From assembly GCF_001194135.2 (NCBI RefSeq), contig NC_068994.1, positions 32,646,192 through 32,710,191 of the forward strand: DNA of 64,000 bases, read 5' to 3'. Made by a program: the position numbers and the translations under genes. The DNA is from Octopus bimaculoides (taxonomy: Eukaryota). The notes beneath the pieces are model-generated. The model saw nothing but the letters and a program-made list of their open reading frames with translations. It searched no databases and was not told the origin of the DNA. Shown here piece after piece: positions 63,628 through 64,000 of this stretch (position 1 is its first letter; each line of letters opens with the position of its first letter).

Positions 63628-64000
63628 TGTGTGTGTGTGGAGTCATTGCCTATCATTTATGTCCATATGGGTTAAAGTGGGGGAGAAACAGAGAATGATA
63701 CATGTATATGTCTATAGATAAATGGTGTGTGTGTTCCTATAGATATTTATGTATGCATATGTGTGTGAACACTGCTACACAATTCTTATGCCACAGTGAC
63801 TTTGACAACTACAACAGCCAAACCGGATTTGTTCCTCTCAGTAGCAGTACCCATGGTTGCTATTCCACTATTTGACTCAAGCGGTCTGTTTTCAACATCT
63901 CACAGAAACACCTGTCCTTTATCCTCTATAGGTCCCATTTCCTCATTCTACAAAACCTGAGATCAAAGGACCCCATTTATCTACTTTCAGACAAAAGAAG

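Overview
This is a repeat-saturated, AT-rich eukaryotic window with 15 N-gaps. The SINE families and microsatellite load suggest a cephalopod, probably Octopus (inference). Almost all long ORFs in the supplied track are artefacts of (TA)n/(CA)n/(GA)n microsatellites or N-runs. The best-supported host-gene signal is the 3' end of a minus-strand gene. Exon 12886-12721 splices in phase 1 to a terminal exon 3438-3074, giving 176 aa of unrecognised, Tyr-motif-bearing, Ser/Thr-rich protein; a possible upstream exon lies at 20175-20070. The rest is a layered archive of mobile elements: a decayed Penelope-like element with RT and GIY-YIG (about 20.6-22.6 kb), several Penelope-terminus relics with hammerhead-like cores, R4/Dong, RTE and L1/Tx1 LINE fragments, mariner and Tc1/maT relics, MITEs including a hAT MITE with its TSD, and dozens of copies of four SINE-like families. 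The most notable sequence-level patterns are an apparent switch from CpG-depleted to CpG-retaining DNA near 48.5 kb beside an ETS motif and a perfect 32-bp palindrome, a perfect 73-bp-arm hairpin at a gap edge, and a 548-bp-period tandem duplication. I found no convincing wholly new biological system. All TE family calls come from recognising motifs by eye, not from database searches, and TE and SINE boundaries are approximate.
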